Source of the DNA: the human T2T-CHM13v2.0 reference genome, Homo sapiens
Assembly (NCBI RefSeq): GCF_009914755.1
Contig: NC_060930.1
Length of the DNA stretch: 64,000 nucleotides
Strand: one strand, 5' to 3'
In this document: piece after piece, positions 1 to 16,253 of the stretch
Layout of the letters: each line of letters begins with the position of its first letter
Position numbering within the stretch: the stretch's first letter is position 1
Translations under genes and position numbers: made by a program
The notes under the pieces: model-generated
Told to the model about the DNA's origin: nothing
The model's input: the letters and a program-made list of their open reading frames with translations, nothing else
Databases searched by the model: none

Positions 1-3000
1 TAGGTCAGGAGGTCTGACTTGGATTTCTTCCCAGTAACCTGATCTAGGTGAATCAGCAGGTTATAAATGAAAGTCAGTTTCTAAGATCTCCTGACTTTCT
101 TCAACTATCAGGAACTTTATAGGAACCTGGTGAGAAACAGGAAAAGACCAAGAGATAATAAATAACATTGACCAATATTATGGTATTGCAATTTCTCTTT
201 CCTAATACAATGTAAAATGTAGTGCCATTTTTGGACAAGCTAATTATTTGTATAGATTCCTGAGTTTGTTATTTTTGTTAGCCTGAATAAATATCTAAAT
301 GATTGGAAAATGTTTAAGAGCTGAAAGCCTTTTCTAGGTCACAAAGTATAACATTAGATAGTGGTTCTTCCAAGGGCAGGTTCTAATACTTTCATATGTT
401 TCTATCACTCATTATATGAAAATTCCTCATTTTAAACCCTCACTTTAAATCACAGGAAGGAAGACAAGTTAGAAAAGGAGAACAAAGGAAACAAAATGTA
501 TTGGAAGACTTGTCACATTCAAAGTATTGACATTCATTGCCTAGCTTCATTCTCACGGCAACTTTTGGACGAATTAAACTTCTGCTCAAAGACAGTCACA
601 ATAGCTATAATAAAATTAGTGTTTGATTCTAGCTTTGTCTAATTGCAAAGCCTGAACTGGAGGTAAATGTCTGGTGTAAGCAAACTTCCACTGCCCCTTA
701 AACCATACCTCACTGATAATTGTCTCTTGTCCTACCCATAGCCTGGTTCTGCACCACTTTCTGCACCAATTTATGTCGTATTTCTAAAGGTTATTTTTCC
801 CTTCTTTATTACTATTTTCAGTTAAAAGATTTCTCAGTTAGCATGGCTTAGTAAATCAAGAACTTACATCTGTACAATCTCAGAGAAACCCAAGGGCATC
901 ACAAGCACCACTAGTGACATGTTTCCTTCATTGTAAATGGGCAATAGCACTTGCTGTTTTTGAATGCCATGAACACATTGGGAATATTCAGCTACTTTGT
1001 GGGTCAATATAGAAAAATTATATTAAATATGAAGAAACGGTCCCAATTTTCTCATCATATTGAAATGCCAATAATTATAATAGCTCACAGATATGTTATG
1101 AGGATTGACAAAGTACCACATGGAAAGCGCAAAAGGCAGCTCACAGCTTAGGAAAAGTGTTAAGTCAATACTAGCTTTTATTAATGATGTTTTTATACTT
1201 ATGAGTAAGATTATTGGGTTCCTATTCTCTAAGAGTTCACTAGCTCCAGAACCACACAGTAAAATGCTTCCTCTCTTTATGTCCCTTCCAATGTCAATTT
1301 CACTGCTTCTGTTCTATATTCCAGAAGTGTGATTGGTGATTAATGAAGTAAATATAAGAATAAGCTCTAGATGATAAGAAACTGGTTATATTTGCAAATA
1401 CAGCCCTCAGTAACCTGTATACTTATAAATAACCTGAGATTTCTGCCCCCATATGTACCAAAACAGTAACTGAAATATAGTTTCTACACACTCACCTCCC
1501 AACCCTTTCTTATCCTGTAAAATAACTAAACAGGAGACTGTATGATCATAGCTGAATAATAAGGCTCTGCCTGTATCGGTTACCTTTTTCTGAAGGTCCT
1601 AAGGTCCTAATGTGTTTCAGGAATGTCTACCTTTGACCTTGCTAGTCCATACTCTGAAACGTCTAATTTTATTTTTATGCTTTTTGTGTACTAGGGTGAG
1701 GGCAGGCAGGTAAAGGTTAGGTTGTGTGATATTCAGAGGCTGGAAACTGAAACCCCCTGTTTCTCACAGCACAGATGTGGTGCAGACAGCCCGGGCCTCT
1801 ACATTTCCTCGCTGTGCCCTAAAAATGACCTTAACCCTGACATAGAAAGAGAAGCAACATCACTGTGAAAGGCTGTTGCTGGCTGGCTGTGTGAGAGGGA
1901 GCAGTTTTCTGAGTGTGGGGCTGTGTCCCATTGGCCTCTCCTGTGTCATAACACTTCCAGTCTCTCCAAGTTGACCTGGATCCTCTGAAGCCAAAGAAAG
2001 GTCAAAGTTAATTCTTTGTGCCCATCAAACTCATTTTATGAGTTGTTTTTTTCCATGAACCAGTGGGAAAATGATTCAAATCAATACTTTCTCTTCAATC
2101 TTAAAATATATTGGAAATAATTGTTTTCTTTTGGGGTACTTTTCCCAAACAACCTCTGCCTTTCTACCTTTTGCTTTATTCTAATAAATAAATAAAAATA
2201 TATGCATATATATGTATACATGTTCATATATACAAAATAATCAAACCAAAACAACAATCACCTCGACAAACTGTGTTTCCTTTGAATTGCTTATTTTTAT
2301 ATATTTCATATCTTAACAATTGTAAATCTAAATGATAATAAAAAATATATTTTTAGCTTCTTTAAAGATTTCAAATTCTTGTTTTTCTTCTCCATTTAAG
2401 ACAGATGTTTATTTTTATATGATGTCTAGGTTTTATAAAGTCCAGGTAAGAGGATGCTTTCATTTTTTCTTTCTATATTTCTCATGATAGAATAATGGAA
2501 AGTGATCAAACCGGGAAATGGAAGAGTTTAAGCAAACGGAATTTTTTTACCAAATTATTAAAACAACATGGACAGGTTTTCTTTTTTAAAAAAAAATGAC
2601 TGACAAAGTTAGTTTTGTAAAGTATTTCTTGCAACTATTTAATTAAACTCAAGTCTCATGTAGTATAATTCAATTCTTATGTAGTGTAGCCTCTTCTTTG
2701 CAAGAAAGCATCATTTTAGGGTAAGAGCCATTTCTCAGATGTTCACCTTACTTTCTGTAGTAAGGCTTCAACATGCTTGTGACTGCCTATAACCCTATCT
2801 TCATCTTTCAAGGCCTGTGGATACTGAAAACAAAACAATGAAAGAACAAGACCTCTGATAGATTTCATGGGCTTCTTGGAGGACCAACGTCAGTCAATGG
2901 AAGTGTGATGACTTATCAGAGGTAAAGTGGTCCTCTATTGTTCTTTGCTCAGAAAGATATTTAAGAAGAAAATCCATTTCTATTGCAAATTTATTCCTAA

Positions 3001-5503
3001 GCCATTGCTCTGTTAAGCATTTGTATATGGAAAGGGATACTGATGAATTGTTTTTGAATATTCTAAATAATAAGAACTTATGTAAGCTGATGACTAATCA
3101 CAGATTTTAGGGCAGTATGAGTTACATTCAAGTATACTTAAAAGGTGACCTTTCAGTTCATTCTCAAAATCTTGGCCTGTGCTCTATGAATGGCAGGCCA
3201 CTAACTTTAGACATGCTGTTGTGGTTCATTTTAGGCTTCCTTGGTTGCAGTACAGAAGATGCAATGCCAGCAGTGCTTTTTCAGGAGCTCCCTCTGAAGA
3301 AGATCATGGCTCAGTTACCATGGACACCAAGAAGCTATGCAGCTTTTTATTCTTTTTACTTCCTTCATTATGTGCCCTCCCAGGAAATATATTTTCATTA
3401 GTAACTAGGTTTTGAAACTTTTGCCAAGACACCAGCCTAACCTATTGCTCTCTAAACAAATACCTTCAGTATCTAATACATAGGTATATGCCAGTCTGAG
3501 CCAACTGTGCTATTAGGAAACTAATAAATACTCCTTTGCTTCCTATTTAATGAGAAAAAGCACGACAATATTGCTCATGCCAGATCAGGTTTTGATTGGT
3601 ATGTGCTTATCCTTCATAAACAAATGTATTTTATATGAAAAACCACAGGGGAAATATTTTTATTTATTTTATTAGTTGTACAAAAGCCATGTTGGCAACT
3701 GAAGAACCAATAAAATAAAATTGTCTCATGTGGTTCTTATTATGGAATCAAATAGTAATGTAAAAGGCAAGCACACACCAATCATAATTCCATCTGGCTG
3801 AAAGAACAGGAAAATGTGGCTCCATTTTCATTAGGAAAAGGAGGCATATATTTCATAATGTGTTCAAATGTGGCTCTAAAGGTACTCCCAGTACACTACT
3901 GCATTTTGTACCACTCATGGGGTGCCATATCTACTGATGCAGGTTAATGTAATCAAAGTGACTTGAAAGGAGAGGACTGCTGTTAGCCTTGCATCTGCAT
4001 TAATAGAGCACCAACAGAAGCTAGAGCAACATTTCTTGGCATTCTGGAAAGAAATGCATGTTGAACCAGTAAGCAATATGTATAGCCCTTGCAATATACA
4101 CTTGGCATATTTGCAGCAAGTAAGTTGCCATTCATGTAACCACCAAAAATACATTCCAGAATGTTTACTCTTTTCAGTAAGCAGATAATACCATTCAAGC
4201 TCTGGACTTAAAAGATTGCATGCATAAATATTTTCTAAATTCCTTTAGTGCTGTTTTTGGTTTATCTTCAAGGAAATATAAGGGTAGCTATTATCAATAG
4301 AAGGTAGGTATTCATTTGTAAGAGGTTGGGTCAGCAAGACACTGCTCTATTGAATCATATCTGGGACAACATGGAGTGGTCATTTGGGCCTCTGGGAAGT
4401 GTGGCATGGAAGAGTAGTTCTTTATTAAGAACAAGAAAGTAGCTAGCCCTGAGAATAAAGGTTGATTTGCTTTGCTGAAACTGGTTTTCCAGCCTCTGTT
4501 GGTGATTTGTTTTTGAAGTCTTGCTTTTTTTTCTTTCTCTTAATCTGCTTGTGAGTAGATGACTAAGTGATCACGTCACCTAGAAATATGTGTGAGTCTC
4601 CTGATTTTTGACTCATGTGTGCCACAACTAGGATGGAATGATTTCCCTATCCTGAACTTGTTTGGGAGTGCAGAAAAAATGATGTAAGTTTTTGACATAT
4701 TTTGTTAAATAGGTATGAGACTTATGTATGACACATTTACTTGGCAGAAAAGTAAGTGCAGGAGGGGATTCAAGTCACACAAAAGCTCTGGATTTATAAT
4801 CCTACTTAAACATCTATACATTTTGTAAATTCACTTAAAATATAGAGTCAGCAGACAAAAATTGAAACTTATGACTAAAGTAAATGTTTTTGAAAAGTTA
4901 ATATGGTGTTTTCATTAACAGCATCCATAATTACTAAATGTATCCAGAATCTATACTACTGGATGTGTTTATTTGGTAACCAAATGTCTGATCAAATATA
5001 TTATTGGACCTGAAATAGCCTCTCCACTGGACACTAGTCAACCATAGAATATGACGTTTGGCTAGTATTCCTAAGAATCTAACAGTAGATGCTAAGTGGG
5101 AGGAAAATTTGTTTGCCTTCTTAGGGTTTAATTATACCTGGAACAATTGGAGGCCGTATATAAAAGGGACTGACCAGCTTCTGACACTATTTTTCTTCTT
5201 CTTTACTGAGAAAGGCTGACAAAGAAACACTAGTGAGGTCCTGGCTTTGGCATCAGGAAGTCCTGAATTTGAATACTTGATCTGCCACCTAATAACTGAT
5301 TTATTAACCAGATGCTTTTCCTTTGGAAATCCAATGAAAGGATAGATCTTGAATATTTTTGCTTACCATTTTATCTCCAAACGATCATCCTGTGTAAGGC
5401 ACAAATTAGATGTTCAATATATAGTATTAGGGAAAAAAAGTGAAGGTAAAAATATCTCTAAACTTAATTTTTCTTATTTTCCTAATTTATAAAATACTAA
5501 CAG

Positions 5504-5792
5504 TTTTTTTTGACACAGGGTTTTTCTGTGTTGCCCAGGCTAGAGTGCAGTGGCACAATCACGGCTCTGTAGCCTTGACCTCCCAGGCTCCGACTATCCT
5601 CCCACCTCAGCCTCCCAAGTAGCTGGGACTATAGATGCATGCCACCACACCCAGCTAATTTTTGTATTTTTTTCTAAAGACAGGGTCTCGCCTTGTTGTC
5701 CAGGCTGGTCTCAAACTCCTGGGCTCAAGCGAGCCACCTGCCTAGGCCTCCCAAAGTGCCAGGATAATAGGAGTGAGCCACCATGTCTGGCC
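5504..5792 (-). mobile_element. AluJ SINE (old Alu) inserted in a MIR fragment
   Basis: Poly-T at 5504-5511, then a reverse-complement Alu dimer ending ...gagccaccatgtctggcc. J-type segments: ctcctgggctcaagcga and atcctcccacctcagcc. The right flank resumes MIR-like sequence (cagggttattttaaggattaaatg). Confidence 0.93.
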
Positions 5793-8178
5793 ACTAATAC
5801 TTATTTTACAGGGTTATTTTAAGGATTAAATGTGATATTTTATGTATAAAACCTAGAATATTTCTTAACATAACACAGGTGAATGCTTAAAAGGTGTGAT
5901 GGTAATTATTTATTTGATAGGCTATACACCTATATATGAAATACTTTAATTTTTTCTCTATCTGATGCCTTCCTTGACTGTACTTAACAATTAATTTGCC
6001 CCTTGAAGGTGAAGACGAGGTACATTTTGAAGAAAGAAGAAAAAGGATGGGGACTTAGAAATAATATCATATACATTTGAAAGACACACACAAACCAAAA
6101 TATTTTTCTTTTACAAAATGCCCAAACCCTAACCAATGTTAATATATCTCCATCAAATGCCTAGAAGGCTTTTTTATATACAATTCAAATATGTGTAGAT
6201 TATATTGTAAAAAAAAATTTTCAATTCTATTGATTTGAATTCAATAGGAATGAAGAGAGGGATAAACAATGGCAAATTTTTTTTTTTTCATGAAGACAAC
6301 CTTTTTGTCTTGAGCCCTTTTAGCCATGTAATGTAGATCAGCATGAGTAAGAAAACAGACCAGGATGGAAAAGGAAGTATTGGTCATTTTAATGTTGTAT
6401 TACAGGGTGACTAGCAACAGAGTGAGGAAGGGAACAGAGAAGTAGTTTGGTGAGGTCAATAGCACTGCAGATATGGGAGGTAAAAACGAAGCAAACTTAA
6501 CCCTACAGGGTATGCCTGCCAAGAACCGCCGCCTTCACGGAATTGCAAGACAGCAAGGATGGAAGGCACAGGTTTTCTGTACCAACTTTTAGGGCTTTGT
6601 ACATGAGTGGCCCCAGGCCTCCTGTGTATGGGCCACTGATTAATCCTTTGAACAGCATTGCTTCTGTTTTCCGAAAGCTGGGCTGGAGCTCAGCGCAGCC
6701 GCCGTGCCAAGCCACTAGAAAGGAAAACCAGAACCGGCGCTGATCTTTCAGCACTGTGTTCCCATCTACAATGTTTATTTCTCTAAATCTTTTAACAATT
6801 AAAATACTCTCAATTAGTATACAACCATCTTTATGATTTGCTATATTCTTTCAACTTTCAGTGTAACATTATTTATTTTAACTTCAATTTACTTTTGATG
6901 TGGTGCATGTATACAATTTACCACAGAACCCGTTTTAACATTTAACAGCACGCTTCCTTTTTCCTTTCTCAAACTATTTTAAATCACATGTTTTAAATTT
7001 TCATTGGATTCAGATATGTTTTCAGCAGATAGACAGTAAAACAAACAGAAACAAATTGATTTTGGTAAACAGCAGAGATGTAACACGAAGCAAAAGTTCA
7101 ATTTATACTTTTCATGTTTTGCTTACCCATTTTTTTTTGACAAAGGGTACAATTTTTTATTTTAACAGATAAGATCATCTCAACTAGAGGCAATAACCAT
7201 ACTATTACAGTCTTGTTTTTCCTTCGTTTGAGCCGATGGTCTTATCTTTGAATTATCACACCATGTTAAGATTTCTTTAACAGTTAGTACATGGTTGGGT
7301 GGGTAATGGTTGTACTACAAAATCTCGTGTTTATTTAAAATACAAAGAGCATAACTACCACCATCAGCATCAACACCAAAAAATTCCTTGTTAAAACAAG
7401 TGAACTAAAAAACAAAATAAAACAAACAAAAAAAAGAATGTCTGCAATTGCATTTCTTTTTCAAAAAAAACCTTTTATTTACTTTTTAATGAATACATCT
7501 AGTTAGTGAATACTATCATGACATTCCCTTCAGGTCAAATCAAAATCAGATAACATTTCTAACTGCCTACCAAACATGGAGCCCTTCCCCCAGGAGCTCA
7601 GTCTTATCACTAGATATTTCAAAGAGCTCATTGGGAAACTTCCTTCCTGTCATTCCAAGATATTTTAAGCAAGTAGACTCTTGGAGAATATCAATAGAGG
7701 ACGATGCCATGGCAATGATGATGCTTCCTGCGTGGATTGAGAATCTTAGTCTTCCCATGAGTCTCTGCTGTGTTAAATGATGTACAGTTAAAACTTCTAC
7801 AGAATGACTCTTAGTAGATTAATTTGAATGCTTATTATACATTACCTCATTCATTTTCTCTGGACACACATTGAAAGAGAGGCTTTCTCCATTACACTGG
7901 GAGCTCAGAGATTAAGTAACTCGATTGCAATCTCGTGGGAGAGCAATCATTTGAGTCCAGGCCTGAATGAACCAACCCCATGGATATCCTGCTCAGTATA
8001 GCCCACCTGTGCACAGAGACCACATCCTGAAGAAATTTACCTGTACGCAGAATAAAGGAGGAGAAAGGGGCAGGGAAGGAGAGTCAGTAGTTCAGTGTGA
8101 GTTCTGCTTTGTCCTATATCACCTCCTTGACTAATCCTGATTTCCTTGCTCACTTAAAACTCTCCTTCCCTGACTGAG

Positions 8179-8708
8179 TATATTAGCTTCTATTGCTTCA
8201 TAACAACCACAAACTTAACTCAAAAGAGCATCATCTATTTGCTCTCAGTTGTGTAGGTTCTACCTCTATTCAGGGTATAACAAGTTAGAAATCAAGGTGT
8301 TTCCAAGGTGTTTTCACCTGGAGGCAGTGGAGGAAGTTCCTCTTCTATATTCTTCTTGTTGGAAGAATTCAGTTCCTTTCAGTGGTGGGACTGATGGCTT
8401 CATTTCCTTGCTGGCTGTCAGCTGCTCCTGGGTCCTAGAGTTTCTTCTCCAATCCTTGCCATGTGGCTTCCATAGACAGTTCACCACAAGGGTATTTGCT
8501 TTCTTCCAGGCCAGCCAGAGCTTATCTCTTTCCTCTTCTTCCAGCAGATGGAGAAAATCCTGTTTTTAAAGGCTCACGTGATCCAATAAGGCTTACCTGG
8601 ATAATCGCCCTTTCTTACATTTAGCTGTACCATGTAACATAACCTAATGACAGGCCCAGAAATTAGAGCAGAAATCTTGGGGAACATCACACACTTTAGC
8701 CTGCCATA
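8179..8708 (-). mobile_element. MLT1-family (MaLR) solo LTR
   Basis: Starts tatattagcttctattgc...accacaaactta. Internal agaattcagttcc...ccttgctggctgtcagc is typical of reverse MLT1. Ends gcctgccata. Imperfect 5-bp TSD ctgag (8174-8178)/gtgag (8709-8713). Confidence 0.75.
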
Positions 8709-8930
8709 GTGAGATGTCATCTATAGTTATTCAAATATTTAATATGTCAAATGACATTAGAGTAGGAAATAATTTATCCAGAGGGGATATATTCAACTTT
8801 TTAGGTGTATTGTTAAGCACATAATTATATAATTAATAGAATCTATAAGAAAGACATTTTAGGGGTAGCACAACAAGACATTTTTGGCTGACAGTGAATA
8901 TGTGAAGTTATAATTAAAGAATACACAGTC

Positions 8931-9940
8931 AGCGGTTCCAAGATGGCCGAATAGGAACAGCTGTAGTCTATAGCTCCCAGCGTGAGTGACACAGAAGACG
9001 GGTGATTTCTGCATTTCCAACTGAGGTACCAGGTTCATCTCACTGGGGCTTGTCGGACAGTGGGTGCAGTGCACCAAGCATGAGCCGAAGCAGGGTGAGG
9101 CATCACCTCACCCAGGAAGTGCAAGGGGTCAGAGAATTCCCTTTCCTAGCCAAGCAAAGCTATAACAGACTGCACCTGGAAAATTGGGTTACTCCCACTC
9201 TAATACTGCCCTTTTCCAATGGTCTTAGCAAGCAGCACACCAGGAGATTATATCCCATGCCTGGCTCGGAGGGTGCCACGCCAATGGACCCTCGCTCATT
9301 GCTAGCACAGCAGTCTGAGATGGAACTGCAAGGCAGCAGCGAGGTTGGGGGATAGGCACCCGCCATTGCTGAGGTTTGAGTAGGTAAACAAAGCAGCCAG
9401 GAAGCTCAAACTGGGTGGAGCCCACCGCAGCTCAAGGAGGCCTGCCTGTCTCTGTAGACTCCACTTCTGGGGGCAGGGCATAGCCAAACAAAAGGCAGCA
9501 GAAACCTCTGCAGACTTAAATGTCCCTATCTGACAGCTTTGAAGAGAGTAGTGGTTCTCCCAGCACAGAGTTTGAGATCTGAGAACGGACAGACTGCCTC
9601 CTCAAGTGGGTCCCTGACCCTGAGTAGCCTATCTGGGAGGCACCCCCCAGTAGGGGCAGACTGACACTTCACACGGCCATGTACCCCTCCGAGACGAAAC
9701 CTCCTGAGGAATGATCAGACAACAAAATTTGCTGTTCAGCAATATTCACTGTTCTGCAGCCTCTACTGCTGATACCCAGGCAAACAGGGTCTGGAGTGGA
9801 CATCCAGCAAACTCCAACAGACCTGCAGCTGAGGGTCCTGACTGTTAAAAGGAAAACTAACAAACAGAAAGGACATCCGCACCAAAACCCCATCTGTATA
9901 TCACCATCATCAAAGACCAAAGGTAAATAAAACCACAAAG
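8931..9940. promoter_or_regulatory. L1 5'UTR internal sense promoter and antisense promoter; YY1 site at 8939-8948
   Basis: CAAGATGGCC YY1 motif intact at the L1 start. Bidirectional promoter function is established for primate L1 5'UTRs; activity of this copy is unknown. Confidence 0.7.
9160..9366 (-). CDS. ORF0: L1 antisense ORF0 homolog, 68 aa, open
   Basis: MAGAYPPTSLLPCSSISDCCASNERGSIGVAPSEPGMGYNLLV...IRVGVTQFSRC matches the primate L1 ORF0 peptide (MAGAPPPASLPPCSLISDCCASN...). Start context gcaATGg. Expression unknown. Confidence 0.7.
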   Translation of the reverse strand: MAGAYPPTSLLPCSSISDCCASNERGSIGVAPSEPGMGYNLLVCCLLRPLEKGSIRVGVTQFSRCSLL

Positions 9941-10953
9941 ATGGGGAAAAAACAGAACAGAAAAATTGAAAATTCTAAAAATCAGAGCACCTCTCCTCCT
10001 CCAAAGGAACACAGCCCCTCGCCAGCAACAGAACAAAGCTGGATGGAGAATGACTTTGATGAGTTCAGAGAAGAAAGCTTCAGATGATCAAACTTCTCCG
10101 AGCTAAAGGAGGAAGTTCGAACCCATCGCAAAGAAGTTAAAAACCTTGAAAAAAGATTAGATGAATGGCTAACCAGAATAACCAGTGCAGAGAAGTCCTT
10201 AAAGGACCTGATGGAGCTGAAAACCATGGCATGAGAACGTGATGAATGCACAAGCTTCAGTAGCTGATTCAATCAACTGGAAGAAAGGGAATCAGTGACT
10301 GAAGATCAAATGAATGAAATGAAGTGAGAAGAGAAGTTTAGAGAAAAAAGAATAAAAAGAAATGAACAAAGCCTCTGAGAAATATGGGACTATGTGAAAA
10401 GACCAAATCTACATCTGACTGGTGTATCTGAAAGTGATGGGGAGAATGGAACCAAGTTGGAAAACACTCTGCAGGATATTATCAAGGAGAACTGCCCCAA
10501 CCTAGCAAGGCAGGCCAACATTCAAATTCAGGAAATAGAGAGAACACCACAAAGATACTCCTCGAGAAGAACAACTCCAAGACACATAATTGTCAGATTC
10601 ACCAAAGTTGAAATGAAGGAAAAAATGTTAAGGGCAGCCAGAGAGAAAGGTCGGGTTACCCACAAAGGGAAGCCCATCAGACTAATAGCTGATCTCTCGG
10701 CAGACGCTCTACAAGCCAGAAAATAGTGGGGGCCAATATTCAACATTCTTAAATGAAAGAATTTTCAACCCAGAATTTCATATCCAGCCAAACTAAGCTT
10801 CATAAGTGAAGGAGAAATAAAATCCTTATAGACAAGCAAATGCTGAGAGATTTTGTCACCACCAGGCCTGCCCTAAAAGAGCTCCTGAAGGAAGCACTAA
10901 ACATGGAAAGGAACAACTGGTACCAGACACTGCAAAAACATGCCAAATTGTAA
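9941..10953 (+). pseudogene. L1 ORF1p (RNA-binding chaperone), disrupted
   Basis: ATG GGG AAA AAA CAG at 9941; in-frame TGA at 10085-10087. Fragment KRPNLHLTGVSESDGENGTKLENTLQDII...RHIIVRFTKVEMKEKMLRAAREKG at 10394-10726. Consensus stop TAA at 10951-10953. Confidence 0.95.
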
Positions 10954-11016
10954 AGACCATCCATGCTAGGAAGAAACTGCATCAACTAATGAGCAAAATA
11001 ACCAGCTAACATCATA

Positions 11017-14841
<3,825 letters not shown>

Positions 14842-15234
14842 ACAATGAGAACACTTGGACACAGGAAGGGGAACATCACACACTGGGGCCTGTTGTGGGG
14901 TGGGGGGAGGGGGGAGGGATATCATTAGGAGATATAGCTAATGTAAATGATGAGTTAGTGGGTGCAGCACACCAACATGGCACATGTACACATATGTAAC
15001 AAACCTGCATGTTGTGCACATGTACCCTGGAACTTAAAGTATAATAAAATATATATATATGTATAAATAAAAAAATACAAATCATTGACTGTATTTAATT
15101 TCTGGTTTATGTGATAAATATGCCAGTTTTTAAGTTAAAATGTTTATATAATGCTGGTCTATTATCAAAATTGGCAATATAGTATTTATACAGATGAAAT
15201 TGTTGGAAAGAGGTTAAATAAATGCAATTTATAT

Positions 15235-15570
15235 AGACCTGTGACTGCTGTGTGCCTCCTGGCTTCCCCCTTTTTAAATGGAAGTGTGTAAAAAACTTAT
15301 CCTATTCTTGTTCAATCATTGAATATAGAATATTTGGGGAGCAAGTAGCTCATCTCTTTAGATATTATGTCTTTAGATCAAAATGAATGTTTCTGAAGAA
15401 GTTGTACTTGAGGAACTACAATTCATCTGAATCTTGACTGATTTAGATGAGGAAACCGTAGAGTACATGCAACAGTGTGAGAAGACTTGAAAGTCTTAGG
15501 GAAGAGAATGAGTACATCTTGCATGTGGAAGGGTAGAAAGGATGTGAATTTTTGTAGCCAGAGAGTAGAC
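15235..15570 (+). mobile_element. MLT1-int (MaLR internal) 3' fragment
   Basis: Ends gatgtgaatttttgtagccagagagtagac immediately before an MLT1 LTR start, the usual MaLR internal/LTR junction. Confidence 0.6.
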
Positions 15571-16253
15571 CGTGACACATTGTATTTTCCAAAGATGGCC
15601 TGCATTCTTTCTTCACAATGCATTTTTTTTTTTTTTTGCTGTCAAATAAAAGTCAGATCACATTTTTAACTGCCCTCAAAACCTTGATACTCCTCCCACT
15701 GAGTGGCAAAGTCCATGTCCCCTCTCCCTGCAGTGGGCCGACTTTAGCGACTGCCTCAATTAATACAGTATGAGAAAAGTGACACTACTTGAGTTTGAGA
15801 CGAAATCATAAAAATGTCATGTACCTCTCCCTTGCTCTCTTGGGACACTTGCTTTTGGAACACAGAGCCATGTTGTGAGGAAGCTCACACTAGCCCATAG
15901 GAAAGACTATATGAGGAGGCTACAGGCAAGTGTTCTGATTGACAGCCAAGCTGAGGTTCCAACCGATAGCCAGCAACAATCACCAGACATGTGAGTGAAG
16001 ACAGCATGTTAATGAAACTGCAGCAAGGTGATTTTAGCCCCAACCATTGAATGACCCTCATCCTGAAAGTCTTCCCAGCTGAGACCTCACAACTGTGGAG
16101 CAAAGAACAGCCATTCCTGCTTTTCCCAGTCTGAATTCCTAACCCAAAAGATTCATGAGCATAATATAATAAATTTTCACCAAGTTTTGGGGGTAGTTTT
16201 CACCAAGTTTTTGGGTCATTGGGGGTAGCTGTATAGCAACTGAGCACTGGAAA
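15571..16253 (+). mobile_element. MLT1G/H-like LTR
   Basis: Start cgtgacacattgtattttccaaagatggcc; internal gccatgttgtgaggaagctca and cttcccagctgagacctca; end aagttttggggg...tatagcaac. Small local duplication of ttttcaccaagttttggg at 16174-16215. Confidence 0.75.

Noticed and set aside
5440-5822. ORFs over Alu elements (also 17189-17410 and 27712-28092)
   Set aside because: Typical Alu-derived translations with no evidence of coding function.
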